Notes under the pieces: generated by a model
Told to the model about the DNA's origin: nothing
Seen by the model: the letters and a program-made list of their open reading frames with translations, nothing else
Database searches by the model: none
Shown: positions 8,989 to 16,977 of the stretch, piece by piece
Position numbering within the stretch: the first letter of the stretch is position 1
How the letters are laid out: each line of letters starts with the position of its first letter
From: a virus
Taxonomy: Duplodnaviria; Caudoviricetes
DNA length: 24,530 bases
Direction: 5' to 3' (one strand)
Virus record (IMG/VR): IMGVR_UViG_3300036446_000028
Coordinates: 1-24,530 of that record
Made by a program: the position numbers and the translations under genes

Positions 8989-9510
8989 TCACGCCGCCTT
9001 TCTTGCTTCGATGGCATCGAGCACGGCCGAAGCCGCCACGGATGCTGCCATCTGCAGGGTATCCAACATGACGAAGGGTAGGTCGCTCAACTCGTCGTGG
9101 CCCGCGCGATTTTCCTGCTCCTCGGCCGCGTACCACGCAAGATGCGCCATCAGCGCGCGCAGTCCGGCAACGTCAACGACGGGCGTCGCCAGCAGATGCA
9201 GCATGGCATCCGCCTCCGCTTCTTGCGCCTGAAAGGTTTCGTCGACGCCCTCTGCGATCTGGAAATGCACCCAGGCGGACCAGTGACCGTTGATCGCCAG
9301 ATGCAGTCCGGTATCGACGCCATCAAGGACCGGATAATAGCCGGGCACCTTGGCGGGGTAGTCGCTTTGGCTCAGGGCCGTCAAAGCGCGTCCGAAATCG
9401 AGGAAGCCCTCGAGTTCTTCGCTGGGCAGCCGCCTCACCAACTCGTTGAATTCGTCGATTGCTGCGGCCGGCGTAGTGCCGACCGCTCCGGTGTCAATCT
9501 TGGTGCTCAT
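8989..9510 (-). CDS. hypothetical phage protein
   Basis: 173 aa, tightly packed in the operon. Confidence 0.7.
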   Translation of the reverse strand: MSTKIDTGAVGTTPAAAIDEFNELVRRLPSEELEGFLDFGRALTALSQSDYPAKVPGYYPVLDGVDTGLHLAINGHWSAWVHFQIAEGVDETFQAQEAEADAMLHLLATPVVDVAGLRALMAHLAWYAAEEQENRAGHDELSDLPFVMLDTLQMAASVAASAVLDAIEARKAA

Positions 9511-9512
9511 GA

Positions 9513-10976
9513 TCAGGCCGCCTGCTCGAGGCCGTTGCCGATGGCAGCCAGCGCCGACAAATATTCCTCGTAGCTGTCCGTCACGCCCAGCGTGGTCAGG
9601 TAGCCGGCCTGCGCAGCAACCTCGGCGACGCTCTGAGGGACATACCGCACCACCGCCCGCAGCGTCTCTACCTCGGCATCGTTGGCGGCGTTGAAGGCGT
9701 CGATTGCCGGCTGAAACGGTGCGCGGCGCTGCTCCAGTTTCCGGGCGGCTTCACGATAGTAAACGGCGGTGCATTCGGTCAGGCTGGCGGCGACGGCCTG
9801 CCGGATGCGGTCGGCTTCCTTCGGAAACGACTTTTCAAGGTAGCCGACGCCGCAGTCGCGCAGCCAGCTGTCGTGCTCGTCGGCGATCCGCTTCACATCT
9901 GCGTCCGCGTCTTCGCCATAGACCTCCACGTAGACCGGTATCTTGCCGCCGACAATTCGGGCAGGGGTCAGGATCGGGTCTTTGCTGCTCAACGCCTCCA
10001 GCGCGTCCTGCGCCTCGTCTTCGGCGTCCGTCGTGTCGCCGAACGCTGCCCATGCCACCTTGTGCGCTTCGATCAGCGCCTCGAGGGTGCCGGTCGGACG
10101 GATCGGGTTGTACCGGTCGGCGGCGTCGCACACGTCGTGCATGAGCTGCGACACCATCCTGCCTTCCCAACTTTCCGCGGACTCGATAACCCCGACCCCC
10201 CCGTCCTGCGTCAGTTCGAAATACAGGCCGATGCTCTTCGCCGCGATGCCTTGCAGCGTGTGTGGTCGACACCAGTTCACCGCCTGCAACAGCAGGGCAG
10301 CGCGATCGCCCACCACGCTGTAGGCACGAAGCGCCTCGCGCCATTCGGCATAGCCCGCGCAGTCCTTGCCCTCGTTATCGTAGTACCGCGCCTTCCCCGT
10401 GGCCAACTTGACGGAAGCGTCGTGCCATTCGCGCGTAGCGACCACCGTCTTCCAGCGCCTGGACGCCTCTTCCGCCAGCGGCATCAGTTCTGCCGCCATG
10501 GCGACTAGAATGCTGTCGTCGGCCGGATTTACAGTCTGCCACCGGTCGAAGAAGGACGCTGCATTCGGGAGAACCTCGACGATCCTGACCCCCGCCAGAT
10601 GCTCGACGATGTCGTAGACGTGGAACAGGTCGTCGGGGTGATCACCGACGACCACATCATCGCCGCGCATTTCGTGGATGATGTGCACGCCCTCGCCTTT
10701 GAAACCAGCGTCCCAATCGGCCCTGCTCGGGGTGCCGACCATGACAAGCGAGCCGACGCCGATCTGGTCCAGTGTCGAGAGCATCGCATTGCGCCGTTTC
10801 AGTTCCGACCGATCTTCTTCGCCGTCGGCATCGTCGCGCTTCACCTTGGCCATGACCTTGGCGACGACCTCGGGCGCGGCGGGGAACGAACCAATGCTGC
10901 CGGGCAGGCTCGGGGATCCGATCTTGACGCCGTTTGCGGTGGTGCGGGTGGTTGTGGTATCGGTGGTGTCGGTCAT
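9513..10976 (-). CDS. hypothetical Ala-rich helical protein (about 487 aa)
   Basis: Long ORF; likely start ATG 10976 (MTDTTDTT) with SD GAGAGGAA at 10984-10991. Confidence 0.75.
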   Translation of the reverse strand: MTDTTDTTTTRTTANGVKIGSPSLPGSIGSFPAAPEVVAKVMAKVKRDDADGEEDRSELKRRNAMLSTLDQIGVGSLVMVGTPSRADWDAGFKGEGVHIIHEMRGDDVVVGDHPDDLFHVYDIVEHLAGVRIVEVLPNAASFFDRWQTVNPADDSILVAMAAELMPLAEEASRRWKTVVATREWHDASVKLATGKARYYDNEGKDCAGYAEWREALRAYSVVGDRAALLLQAVNWCRPHTLQGIAAKSIGLYFELTQDGGVGVIESAESWEGRMVSQLMHDVCDAADRYNPIRPTGTLEALIEAHKVAWAAFGDTTDAEDEAQDALEALSSKDPILTPARIVGGKIPVYVEVYGEDADADVKRIADEHDSWLRDCGVGYLEKSFPKEADRIRQAVAASLTECTAVYYREAARKLEQRRAPFQPAIDAFNAANDAEVETLRAVVRYVPQSVAEVAAQAGYLTTLGVTDSYEEYLSALAAIGNGLEQAA

Positions 10977-11007
10977 TCTGAAATTCCTCTCACGGATTTT
11001 TCGGTGG

Positions 11008-11196
11008 CTACTTCGAGGGGTGGACCGTTGGCGCGGTCTGCCCCTCACTGTTTTCTGCTGCTAGGCCCTTTTCGATCAGGATACGCGCGGCCTTCGCCTT
11101 GCTCCCGATCTGATTTCTCCACCGGTACGCTTCGATCGCTTCCGTCTCATCGTCCGAAAGCATCATCGGGAACCGGTTGTTTCGCACCTGAGCCAT
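11008..11196 (-). CDS. ribbon-helix-helix DNA-binding protein
   Basis: RFPMMLSDDETEAIEAYRWRNQIGSKAKAARILIEKGL fits a strand-helix-helix pattern; SD AAGGAGGG. Confidence 0.8.
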   Translation of the reverse strand: MAQVRNNRFPMMLSDDETEAIEAYRWRNQIGSKAKAARILIEKGLAAENSEGQTAPTVHPSK

Positions 11197-11221
11197 CAGG
11201 CCCTCCTTGTTTGTGCGGCTG

Positions 11222-11294
11222 ACACAACTTGTGCTAGTTGTGCTACGTTGCTCTTTGAGCGGCGGCGTGTCAATGCTACTGGCACAACTTGTGC
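11222..11294. promoter_or_regulatory. divergent promoter/operator region of the RHH pair
   Basis: Palindromes ACACAACTTGTGC (11222-11234) and GCACAACTTGTGC (11282-11294); minus-strand TTGACA at 11273-11268. Confidence 0.75.
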
Positions 11295-11306
11295 AGGAAA
11301 ATTTTG

Positions 11307-11789
11307 ATGGCGGACGAGAAGCCTCCGAAGGACAACCGCGTCCCGATTATGATGAGCGATGCTGAGCTCGGGGCCATCGACAACTGGCGATTTGAAAACC
11401 GCATAGCGACCCGCTCGGAAGCCATCCGCCGACTGTGCAAGATCGCCCTCTTTGTCGACGACAAACTTGATCTTCTATTGGAGGACTTGGGGGCGGCGGC
11501 CAACAGTGTGCTCGACGTGGTGAACCTCACCGAGGAGCCCCCTCCACTCGATTCCTGGGAGTTCAGGTTGCTTGACGCGGTTTTCAGCGGCGACGGCGGT
11601 CTAATCAAGGCGGTTGGCGATCTTGAAGAACTTGCTGTGGTGACACGGCCGTATCGAACCGCGCCTTCTCTGCAAGAAGCGATAGAACAGGCAGCCCGCG
11701 AGCGCGTGCTGCATCTCGGCCGACGCGAGGATGCGCAAGCGGAGGAAAAGGCGGCAAGAGACGAGGGCGTTACCAAAAGCAAGAAATAG
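11307..11789 (+). CDS. ribbon-helix-helix regulator with C-terminal extension
   Basis: RVPIMMSDAELGAIDNWRFENRIATRSEAIRRL resembles the divergent 62-aa protein; likely start ATG 11307. Confidence 0.8.
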   Translation: MADEKPPKDNRVPIMMSDAELGAIDNWRFENRIATRSEAIRRLCKIALFVDDKLDLLLEDLGAAANSVLDVVNLTEEPPPLDSWEFRLLDAVFSGDGGLIKAVGDLEELAVVTRPYRTAPSLQEAIEQAARERVLHLGRREDAQAEEKAARDEGVTKSKK

Positions 11790-11928
11790 GACAGCCCTCG
11801 CGTGCACGCACATGCACGTGCACGGCGCGCGACACGCGCGTGCGTATGCGATGGGCGGAATCGGTTGCTCAACCCATTGCCAGTCCTTGCGAAATCGGCC
11901 CCAAACGGGATTTTCCCGTGATGTGGAC

Positions 11929-12396
11929 TCATGCCGCACCGCCGTCCGGATCATCGCCGCAGACCATACGGGCGTTGACCTCGTTCGCGACGAGCGTGGC
12001 AAGTGCGTCGAGCTCCAGCGTCAGGCCGCGGCTTTCCTCGATGATCATCAACCCGCCTTGCAGCTCTTCGAGAACGGAGTATGGCATTCCCCGTATGCTG
12101 GCCTCGACGACCTCCAACGCCGTGCCAATCTGCTGCTGCGCGTTGACCAGCACGCCGTGCGCCAACGCGCTCATCTCCGGACTGTCCTCGAGCTCGTCGG
12201 CAAGCCGGTGAGCTTCTTCGAACTCGGCCTTGGTCACCGGCCTCTGGCGAACAAAGCCCATAACGTCGCTCTCGAATGACCTTTGGAGCGGGCGCCGATT
12301 GACAACGGATCCCGGCACCGCCGTCGCGCGCGGGTCGGACCTACCTTTGCGTCTGGCGTACCGTTCGGCCGCCAAATTGATGACCATCTCGGTCAT
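11929..12396 (-). CDS. hypothetical phage protein (155 aa)
   Basis: ATG 12396 in ATGA overlap with the initiator stop; SD AAGGAAG. Confidence 0.7.
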   Translation of the reverse strand: MTEMVINLAAERYARRKGRSDPRATAVPGSVVNRRPLQRSFESDVMGFVRQRPVTKAEFEEAHRLADELEDSPEMSALAHGVLVNAQQQIGTALEVVEASIRGMPYSVLEELQGGLMIIEESRGLTLELDALATLVANEVNARMVCGDDPDGGAA

Positions 12397-13313
12397 GCTG
12401 CTTCCTTTTCGGATTGCGGTCGACGGGACCATTCCGTCCAGCCGGTGCCGTCGTTGGGTTTGAGAAGATGCTCTGGTGCGAGGCAGCCCGGCTGTCCGGG
12501 CGCCGGCCCCCATTCGCCCGTGGCCCAGATCGATTTCGACCGGGCCCACGTGAGGCGCTTTTGCCAGTCATCCTCGGAAACCGGCTTGACCGTTTGCAGG
12601 AAACCCTCGGCACGCCCTTCGGTGATGAAGCGGACCATGTGCACCGGCCGGTAGTCCGGCGTCGCTCGGCAATGGGCGACGAACGCCGGGATCGCCGCCG
12701 CTACGTTGGCGCGCTCGTCGGCACCAATCCGAGCCCAAGCGGTGGCGGCCTTCTTTTTCGACATCAACCGATCCGTCGGATAAGCGAGCCAGGCGGCTTC
12801 GAAGTCTGGGGGGTACGCCGACCTCTTCGAAGCCTTCTTTGCAGGGGCGTCCGAAACGCCAGTTTCGGACAAGATATCTTCTTTCCCTGTTTCCCTGTTT
12901 CTTATCTGTCCCGCTGCTGTCCCGCTGCTGTCCCGCTCGGTGTCCCGGTTGCCGTCCCGCTCTGGCAGTCCGACCTTCTGATATTCGTCGTAATTACAGA
13001 TGGTTACGACAGTGACGCCCTGTCCCGCTGCTGTCCCAATCATGGTCCCGATTTTCAATCGACCGAAAAACCGATCAACGCGCGATTTGCTCCATGCCCA
13101 CCGGTCCGCGAGGAAGCGGATTGAGTGCGCACATTGCCCGCGTTTCAGGTCGACCTGCACGCTACCCACCCTAATGGTAGTGGGCCGCCAGGCCGCTTCC
13201 GAGATCAGGAACAGCCATGCCTCGCGCTCGGTGAACGGCTCTTTGGCGAACGCCGGGTGGTCGAAGATCGCCCGCGAAACCGCAAAGACACTGACGCTGC
13301 CGTTACGCTGCAC
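12393..13313 (-). CDS. phage replication initiator (lambda O/DnaD-like winged helix)
   Basis: EPFTEREAWLFL..LKRGQCAHSIRFLADRWAWSKSRVDRF..VTICNYDEYQ; internal iterons; adjacent to DnaB. Confidence 0.82.
   Translation of the reverse strand: MQRNGSVSVFAVSRAIFDHPAFAKEPFTEREAWLFLISEAAWRPTTIRVGSVQVDLKRGQCAHSIRFLADRWAWSKSRVDRFFGRLKIGTMIGTAAGQGVTVVTICNYDEYQKVGLPERDGNRDTERDSSGTAAGQIRNRETGKEDILSETGVSDAPAKKASKRSAYPPDFEAAWLAYPTDRLMSKKKAATAWARIGADERANVAAAIPAFVAHCRATPDYRPVHMVRFITEGRAEGFLQTVKPVSEDDWQKRLTWARSKSIWATGEWGPAPGQPGCLAPEHLLKPNDGTGWTEWSRRPQSEKEAA
12871..13053. repeat. putative replication origin: iterons plus purine/pyrimidine-skewed tract
   Basis: CTGTCCCGCTG-like units at 12906, 12917, 12928, 12940, 12952, 13020, 13031 and 13043 (11-12 bp period); TTTCCCTGT repeats in 12871-12905. 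Confidence 0.8.
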
Positions 13314-14745
13314 GGGTCATCTCCCCGTATCCACGCCGAGCGGCGTTCCCGAAGTGCGAGCATCCGATGTCGACGAACAGTTCGATCGTATCGATCCGGC
13401 CGTTGCGCTGCTTCGCGATCTCGACCTCGGCCTGATGAAGGCACGCGGCCAGGTCCGCGTCCCGCTCAATCTGCTTGTCGAGCGTCGACGGCTTTTCCCG
13501 GGCCAGGTAGTAGGCGTGCCGATACAGGAACATCACCATATCGGCGTCCTGTTCGATGGCTCCAGAATCGCGCAGATCGGCGAGGGTGGGGCGCTTGTCG
13601 TCGCGCTGCTCGACGGCCCGGTTGAGCTGCGTCAGCAGCAGCACGGGCAGGTCGAATTCCTTGGCCAGTTCTTTCATCCCCTCGGTGATCTCGCCAAGCT
13701 CAAGCACCCGGTTGCCGGAATAGCGGCTGGTCGGCTTCACCTTCAGCAAATGGTCGACCACAAGGAGATCGAGGGCGAAGCCGCCGGCGTCAAACTCGGC
13801 GGCCATGCCTTCGACCTTCGCCCGAATGTCGGAAATCGTCAGCCCGGAGCTGTCTTCGATGCGAACCGGCAGTGCCGCCATATCGGCGGCGATGGCGTCG
13901 AGATATTCCAGCTCGTCGTTGCTGGCGCTGCCGTTGATGATGCTCTCGTACGGGATAGTCACCGCCCGCCGGAAGGCCAGGTCGGACAGCAGCCGGGGTG
14001 AAAGCTGCTCATGGCCCATCTCGATTGAGAGGAACCCGACTCCGTTTCCAGCTTTGGCGGCCGACAAGGCAATACTGGTCCCCAAAGTGGTCTTGCCCAT
14101 GGACGGCCGGGCGCCGAGAAGGATGAGGTTCTTGCGCTGCAGGCCGCCAGTGATGCGGTCGATGTCAACAAGGCCGGTGGTGATCCCGGTGAGGCCATGC
14201 CGCTCACGTGCGGCTCGCGACGCGGCCAGTGAGGCTTCAGCGCTCTCCCCTAGCCATCTGGCGGTACGACCCCGGCCGCCCCGCCGCAACGTTGATCCAA
14301 GATCGTCGACGGTGGACGCGAGGCTCCGAAGTAGCGACTGTACATCGGTTTCTGGTGCCGAGGCGGCGATGGCAACAGTCTTGGCCTCCACCGCCAATTG
14401 GATGCGCGCCCACTGCGCCACCACCTTCCGCGCCGCAGCCATCGTGGTGCCGGCGCTATACAGGGTATCCGTGGTGCATCTGCCCATGTAGGCACCGAGT
14501 TCGAGGCCCGTACCCGCCTTGAAGGTCTGCAACACCTCCGGCTGGATGAGGCGCAACACCACCGGCACCGTGGTCGAGCTGAAATGTTCCAGCGCCAGCC
14601 GCGCCGCAGCAAAGATGGCCTGGTGGATAGGGTCTACCAACTGGTGGTCGTCCATGAAGGCAAAGACCGGGCGGTGATCGCCGCCGGCCAGAATGGCACC
14701 GAGCAATTGCTGCTCGAGCTCGATGACGAAGCCGTCGTCAGCCAC
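13303..14745 (-). CDS. dnaB: replicative DNA helicase, DnaB family
   Basis: GARPSMGKT, FLSIEM, LLVVDHL, QLNRAVEQRDDKRPTLADLRDSGAIEQDAD, IAKQRNG. Confidence 0.96.
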   Translation of the reverse strand: MADDGFVIELEQQLLGAILAGGDHRPVFAFMDDHQLVDPIHQAIFAAARLALEHFSSTTVPVVLRLIQPEVLQTFKAGTGLELGAYMGRCTTDTLYSAGTTMAAARKVVAQWARIQLAVEAKTVAIAASAPETDVQSLLRSLASTVDDLGSTLRRGGRGRTARWLGESAEASLAASRAARERHGLTGITTGLVDIDRITGGLQRKNLILLGARPSMGKTTLGTSIALSAAKAGNGVGFLSIEMGHEQLSPRLLSDLAFRRAVTIPYESIINGSASNDELEYLDAIAADMAALPVRIEDSSGLTISDIRAKVEGMAAEFDAGGFALDLLVVDHLLKVKPTSRYSGNRVLELGEITEGMKELAKEFDLPVLLLTQLNRAVEQRDDKRPTLADLRDSGAIEQDADMVMFLYRHAYYLAREKPSTLDKQIERDADLAACLHQAEVEIAKQRNGRIDTIELFVDIGCSHFGNAARRGYGEMTRAA

Positions 14746-14941
14746 GCGTCAGAACCTCGTAAAATCTGTCGTAGGCCTCGACGGCCGCGCGCATGTGGAT
14801 GATGTTTCCCACCTTCTGCGCCTTGGTCAGCGCCGCCCGGAAGTCTTCGAAGGCGGCGTCGAGATCGCCGTCGTCGGCAACCAGCTTGCCGCCTTCGACC
14901 GTCGCCAAAGCTTGGGCGTCCACGATCCTGTCGTGTTCCAT
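14738..14941 (-). CDS. hypothetical protein (67 aa) coupled to dnaB
   Basis: ATG 14941 with SD GGAG at 14952-14949; overlaps the dnaB start. Confidence 0.7.
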   Translation of the reverse strand: MEHDRIVDAQALATVEGGKLVADDGDLDAAFEDFRAALTKAQKVGNIIHMRAAVEAYDRFYEVLTRG

Positions 14942-14965
14942 CAGGCATCTCCATTTCGAACTGTC

Positions 14966-15010
14966 GAGCCGGAACGGATGGAGGTGTTCTCGCCTCACCC
15001 GCCCCGGCTC
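14966..15010 (-). ncRNA. predicted regulatory RNA hairpin in the early transcript
   Basis: Minus strand GAGCCGGGGCGGGUG-AGG-(CGAGAACA)-CCU-C-CAUCCGUUCCGGCUC: 18-bp stem with three G.U pairs that form only on this strand. The 5' arm plus loop is complementary to 7085-7061. Confidence 0.6.
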
Positions 15011-15033
15011 AAGCGCCGCCGCGGCGCTATTCG

Positions 15034-15462
15034 TCAGCCGGCGCGCCTGGTCGGCGTCGCCTGAAGATCTTTGCGATCACCCGGTCCCAGTAGAGCTTCA
15101 GCCTCAGCCACAAGAGCGAGACGAGCAGGGGTCGGCGGGAGTTGTTTGGCGATTTCGAGCTCATGGCGGAGTTTGGCCTCTTGCCGCGCGCAGGCCGTGT
15201 CATAGGCGGCCTTGATCCTCAGCCACGCGGCCACGGCCATCTGTTTCGGTTTGCGGTAGCGGAGCGCCCAGAAGGTCTGAGCGGGGATCCCATACGCCTG
15301 CTCGGCGCGGTGCATCGACGCTTCGACGGTATCGCCGGGACCTTGGTGGACCCGATCCAGCAGGGCGTCGGCCCAGACCGCCGCCTTGTCGACGGCATCT
15401 GCATCATCGACGACGGTCAGGTCAGTCATAATTTGCCCCAAACGCAAAGGATTTCTCGGCAT
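15034..15462 (-). CDS. phage regulatory protein in the cII position
   Basis: GPGDTVEASMHRAEQAYGIPAQTFWALRYRKPK HTH-like block; ATG 15462 with SD GGAG. Confidence 0.7.
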   Translation of the reverse strand: MPRNPLRLGQIMTDLTVVDDADAVDKAAVWADALLDRVHQGPGDTVEASMHRAEQAYGIPAQTFWALRYRKPKQMAVAAWLRIKAAYDTACARQEAKLRHELEIAKQLPPTPARLALVAEAEALLGPGDRKDLQATPTRRAG

Positions 15463-15793
15463 GTGCAATCGCTCCAACGCTACGTTTCTCAGCGTTGAAG
15501 ACGACGTGCAGACCGAAAGGACTATCGAAGTGACCGTGAGAAAGACCGAGAGCCTGGCAGCTGTAGTGATCAATCTCGCGGCGGAGCGCGCCCGTAGACG
15601 CGCCAAAATTCAGGTTCGCGGCGAGCCCCGTGCCGCGCCGCTGGTGCCGGGGCCGATCCCCAATGCCGCCATGCTCCGGCACCAGCACCCCCGGAGCAGC
15701 CGTAATCGGCGCTGGGGGGATGAGTAGGAAGCCGGCCGCGATGATCGCGTGCCGTCGCCGGCTTCCATCGCTGAGGTGGCGCAGCGAATTCAT

Positions 15794-16099
15794 TCAGGCG
15801 GCGATCCGGTCGCTGTCTTCGGTCACACCGTCAGCGTGCCCCAGCTGGGCAATGTTTCGAACCGCCCTGCCCAACGCCAGCAATTCGTGCACTTCGTCCG
15901 CGCCGAATTCCTGCAGCAACTTGAGAACCGCGTGTTCCTGGAGGCGCCTACGCAGATATGCAGCAGCACTGGGCGCGATACGAGCAATGCCTTGTTCCCA
16001 CCCAGCCACCGTCGAGACGTGGTTGCCAATTTCATCGGCCAGTTGCTGCTGCGTAAGCCCGAGTTGCCCGCGGCAACTTTTGATTTCTGATGGCTCCAT
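15794..16099 (-). CDS. Cro-like XRE-HTH protein
   Basis: RGQLGLTQQQLADEIGNHVSTVAGWEQG; divergent from cI. Confidence 0.8.
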   Translation of the reverse strand: MEPSEIKSCRGQLGLTQQQLADEIGNHVSTVAGWEQGIARIAPSAAAYLRRRLQEHAVLKLLQEFGADEVHELLALGRAVRNIAQLGHADGVTEDSDRIAA

Positions 16100-16133
16100 C
16101 CCGCACCTAATGTGAAGAAGCTTGGATGGTGAT

Positions 16134-16202
16134 CATCTACGAATTTCCCGTAGAAAAGTCAATGGTCGGTTACGAGAAATCCGTAGCTTCGTGTGGCATA
16201 GT
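16134..16202. promoter_or_regulatory. OR-like region: two operators and divergent promoters
   Basis: CTACGAATTTCCCGTAG (16137-16153) and TTACGAGAAATCCGTAG (16170-16186); minus-strand TTGACT(16162-16157)-N17-TAGATG; plus-strand TGnCATAGT at 16194-16202. Confidence 0.8.
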
Positions 16203-16209
16203 CACCTTT

Positions 16210-16905
16210 ATGAGCGACCCAGCAGACTATTCGACCACCGACGGACGGCTCCGTGCAGCTTGGAAGGCTGCTGGTTACAATTCCGCCGCTGACGTTGCCA
16301 AGCGTACCAACATTCCTTACTCGACGTTCGCCGGCCACTCGAACGGTAGTGCTGGCATCCCGGTTGAGGCGTTGAAGCGGTACGCTGACGTGTTTCGCGT
16401 CAATATCGAGTGGCTGATGACAGGCCGCGGTCGCATGATGCGAGAGCAGACAGTTTTAGTCGGCGAGTCTGTGACTCGAGGGCTTGCGGTTGTCGGCAAA
16501 GCTCAGCCTGGGATTTTTGTCGATGCAGCCGCAGCGGAAATGGGGCAAGACCGCCGAATCCCCGTGATGCCGTTGGTGCAATTCTTCAAGGCTTCACAGT
16601 ATGCCCTTGAGGTGGTGGGGGATAGCGTGGGCGACGTCCTTGCTGAGGGCGAATTTGCAGTCTGCGTAGAGTACCCCGAGCCGGACCTTGGTCTGAAAGG
16701 CGGCTCTCTGGTTCACATTGAGCGCCATCGTGACGCCGGTCAGTTGGTTGAGACGACGATCAAGGAACTGCAGCAGCGCGGAAACGACTGGTGGGCCATT
16801 CCTCGTAGCAAGAACCCGAAATGGCAGGGCTTCCGGATTAGCGGGGACGACAGCGTCGTTATCAAAGGCATAGTGACCGGGGTCTACCGCCGAATCGCCT
16901 TTTAA
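16210..16905 (+). CDS. cI: CI-like repressor (XRE HTH plus S24 peptidase domain)
   Basis: N-terminal HTH; VVGDSV (Ser) and TTIKEL (Lys) dyad; IKGIVTG end. Likely start is ATG 16210, since 16126 lies across the operators. Confidence 0.9.
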   Translation: MSDPADYSTTDGRLRAAWKAAGYNSAADVAKRTNIPYSTFAGHSNGSAGIPVEALKRYADVFRVNIEWLMTGRGRMMREQTVLVGESVTRGLAVVGKAQPGIFVDAAAAEMGQDRRIPVMPLVQFFKASQYALEVVGDSVGDVLAEGEFAVCVEYPEPDLGLKGGSLVHIERHRDAGQLVETTIKELQQRGNDWWAIPRSKNPKWQGFRISGDDSVVIKGIVTGVYRRIAF

Positions 16906-16911
16906 TGACCG

Positions 16912-16977
16912 CTACGATCTTTCCGTAGCCTTGAGCCTAAAAATGCTTCATGCTACGAAGTAGTCGTAGAATGAAGC
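16912..16977 (+). promoter_or_regulatory. OL-like region: two operators over a rightward promoter
   Basis: CTACGATCTTTCCGTAG (16912-16928) and CTACGAAGTAGTCGTAG (16953-16969); TTGAGC(16931)-N17-TACGAA. Confidence 0.8.

Noticed and set aside
11276-11932. 218-aa minus-strand ORF with an ATGA-coupled start
   Set aside because: Mostly antisense to the convincing RHH gene and low-complexity; at most a remnant of an interrupted gene.
12906-13053. CRISPR-like or VNTR array
   Set aside because: Units are 11-12 bp with no spacers and lie inside the initiator gene; iterons explain them.
7061-15010. Invertible DNA segment bounded by the 25-bp inverted repeats
   Set aside because: Disfavoured, not excluded: the repeats lack the internal dyad of recombinase sites, and G.U-compatible differences plus RBS overlap point to RNA pairing.
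15422-15793. 123-aa minus-strand ORF after cro
   Set aside because: Runs through the hairpin cluster, overlaps the cII-position gene out of frame, and has no recognisable features.
16489-16515. Non-cleavable CI (AQPG rather than Ala-Gly)
   Set aside because: The Ser/Lys dyad is intact and cleavage sites vary; it cannot be judged without an alignment.
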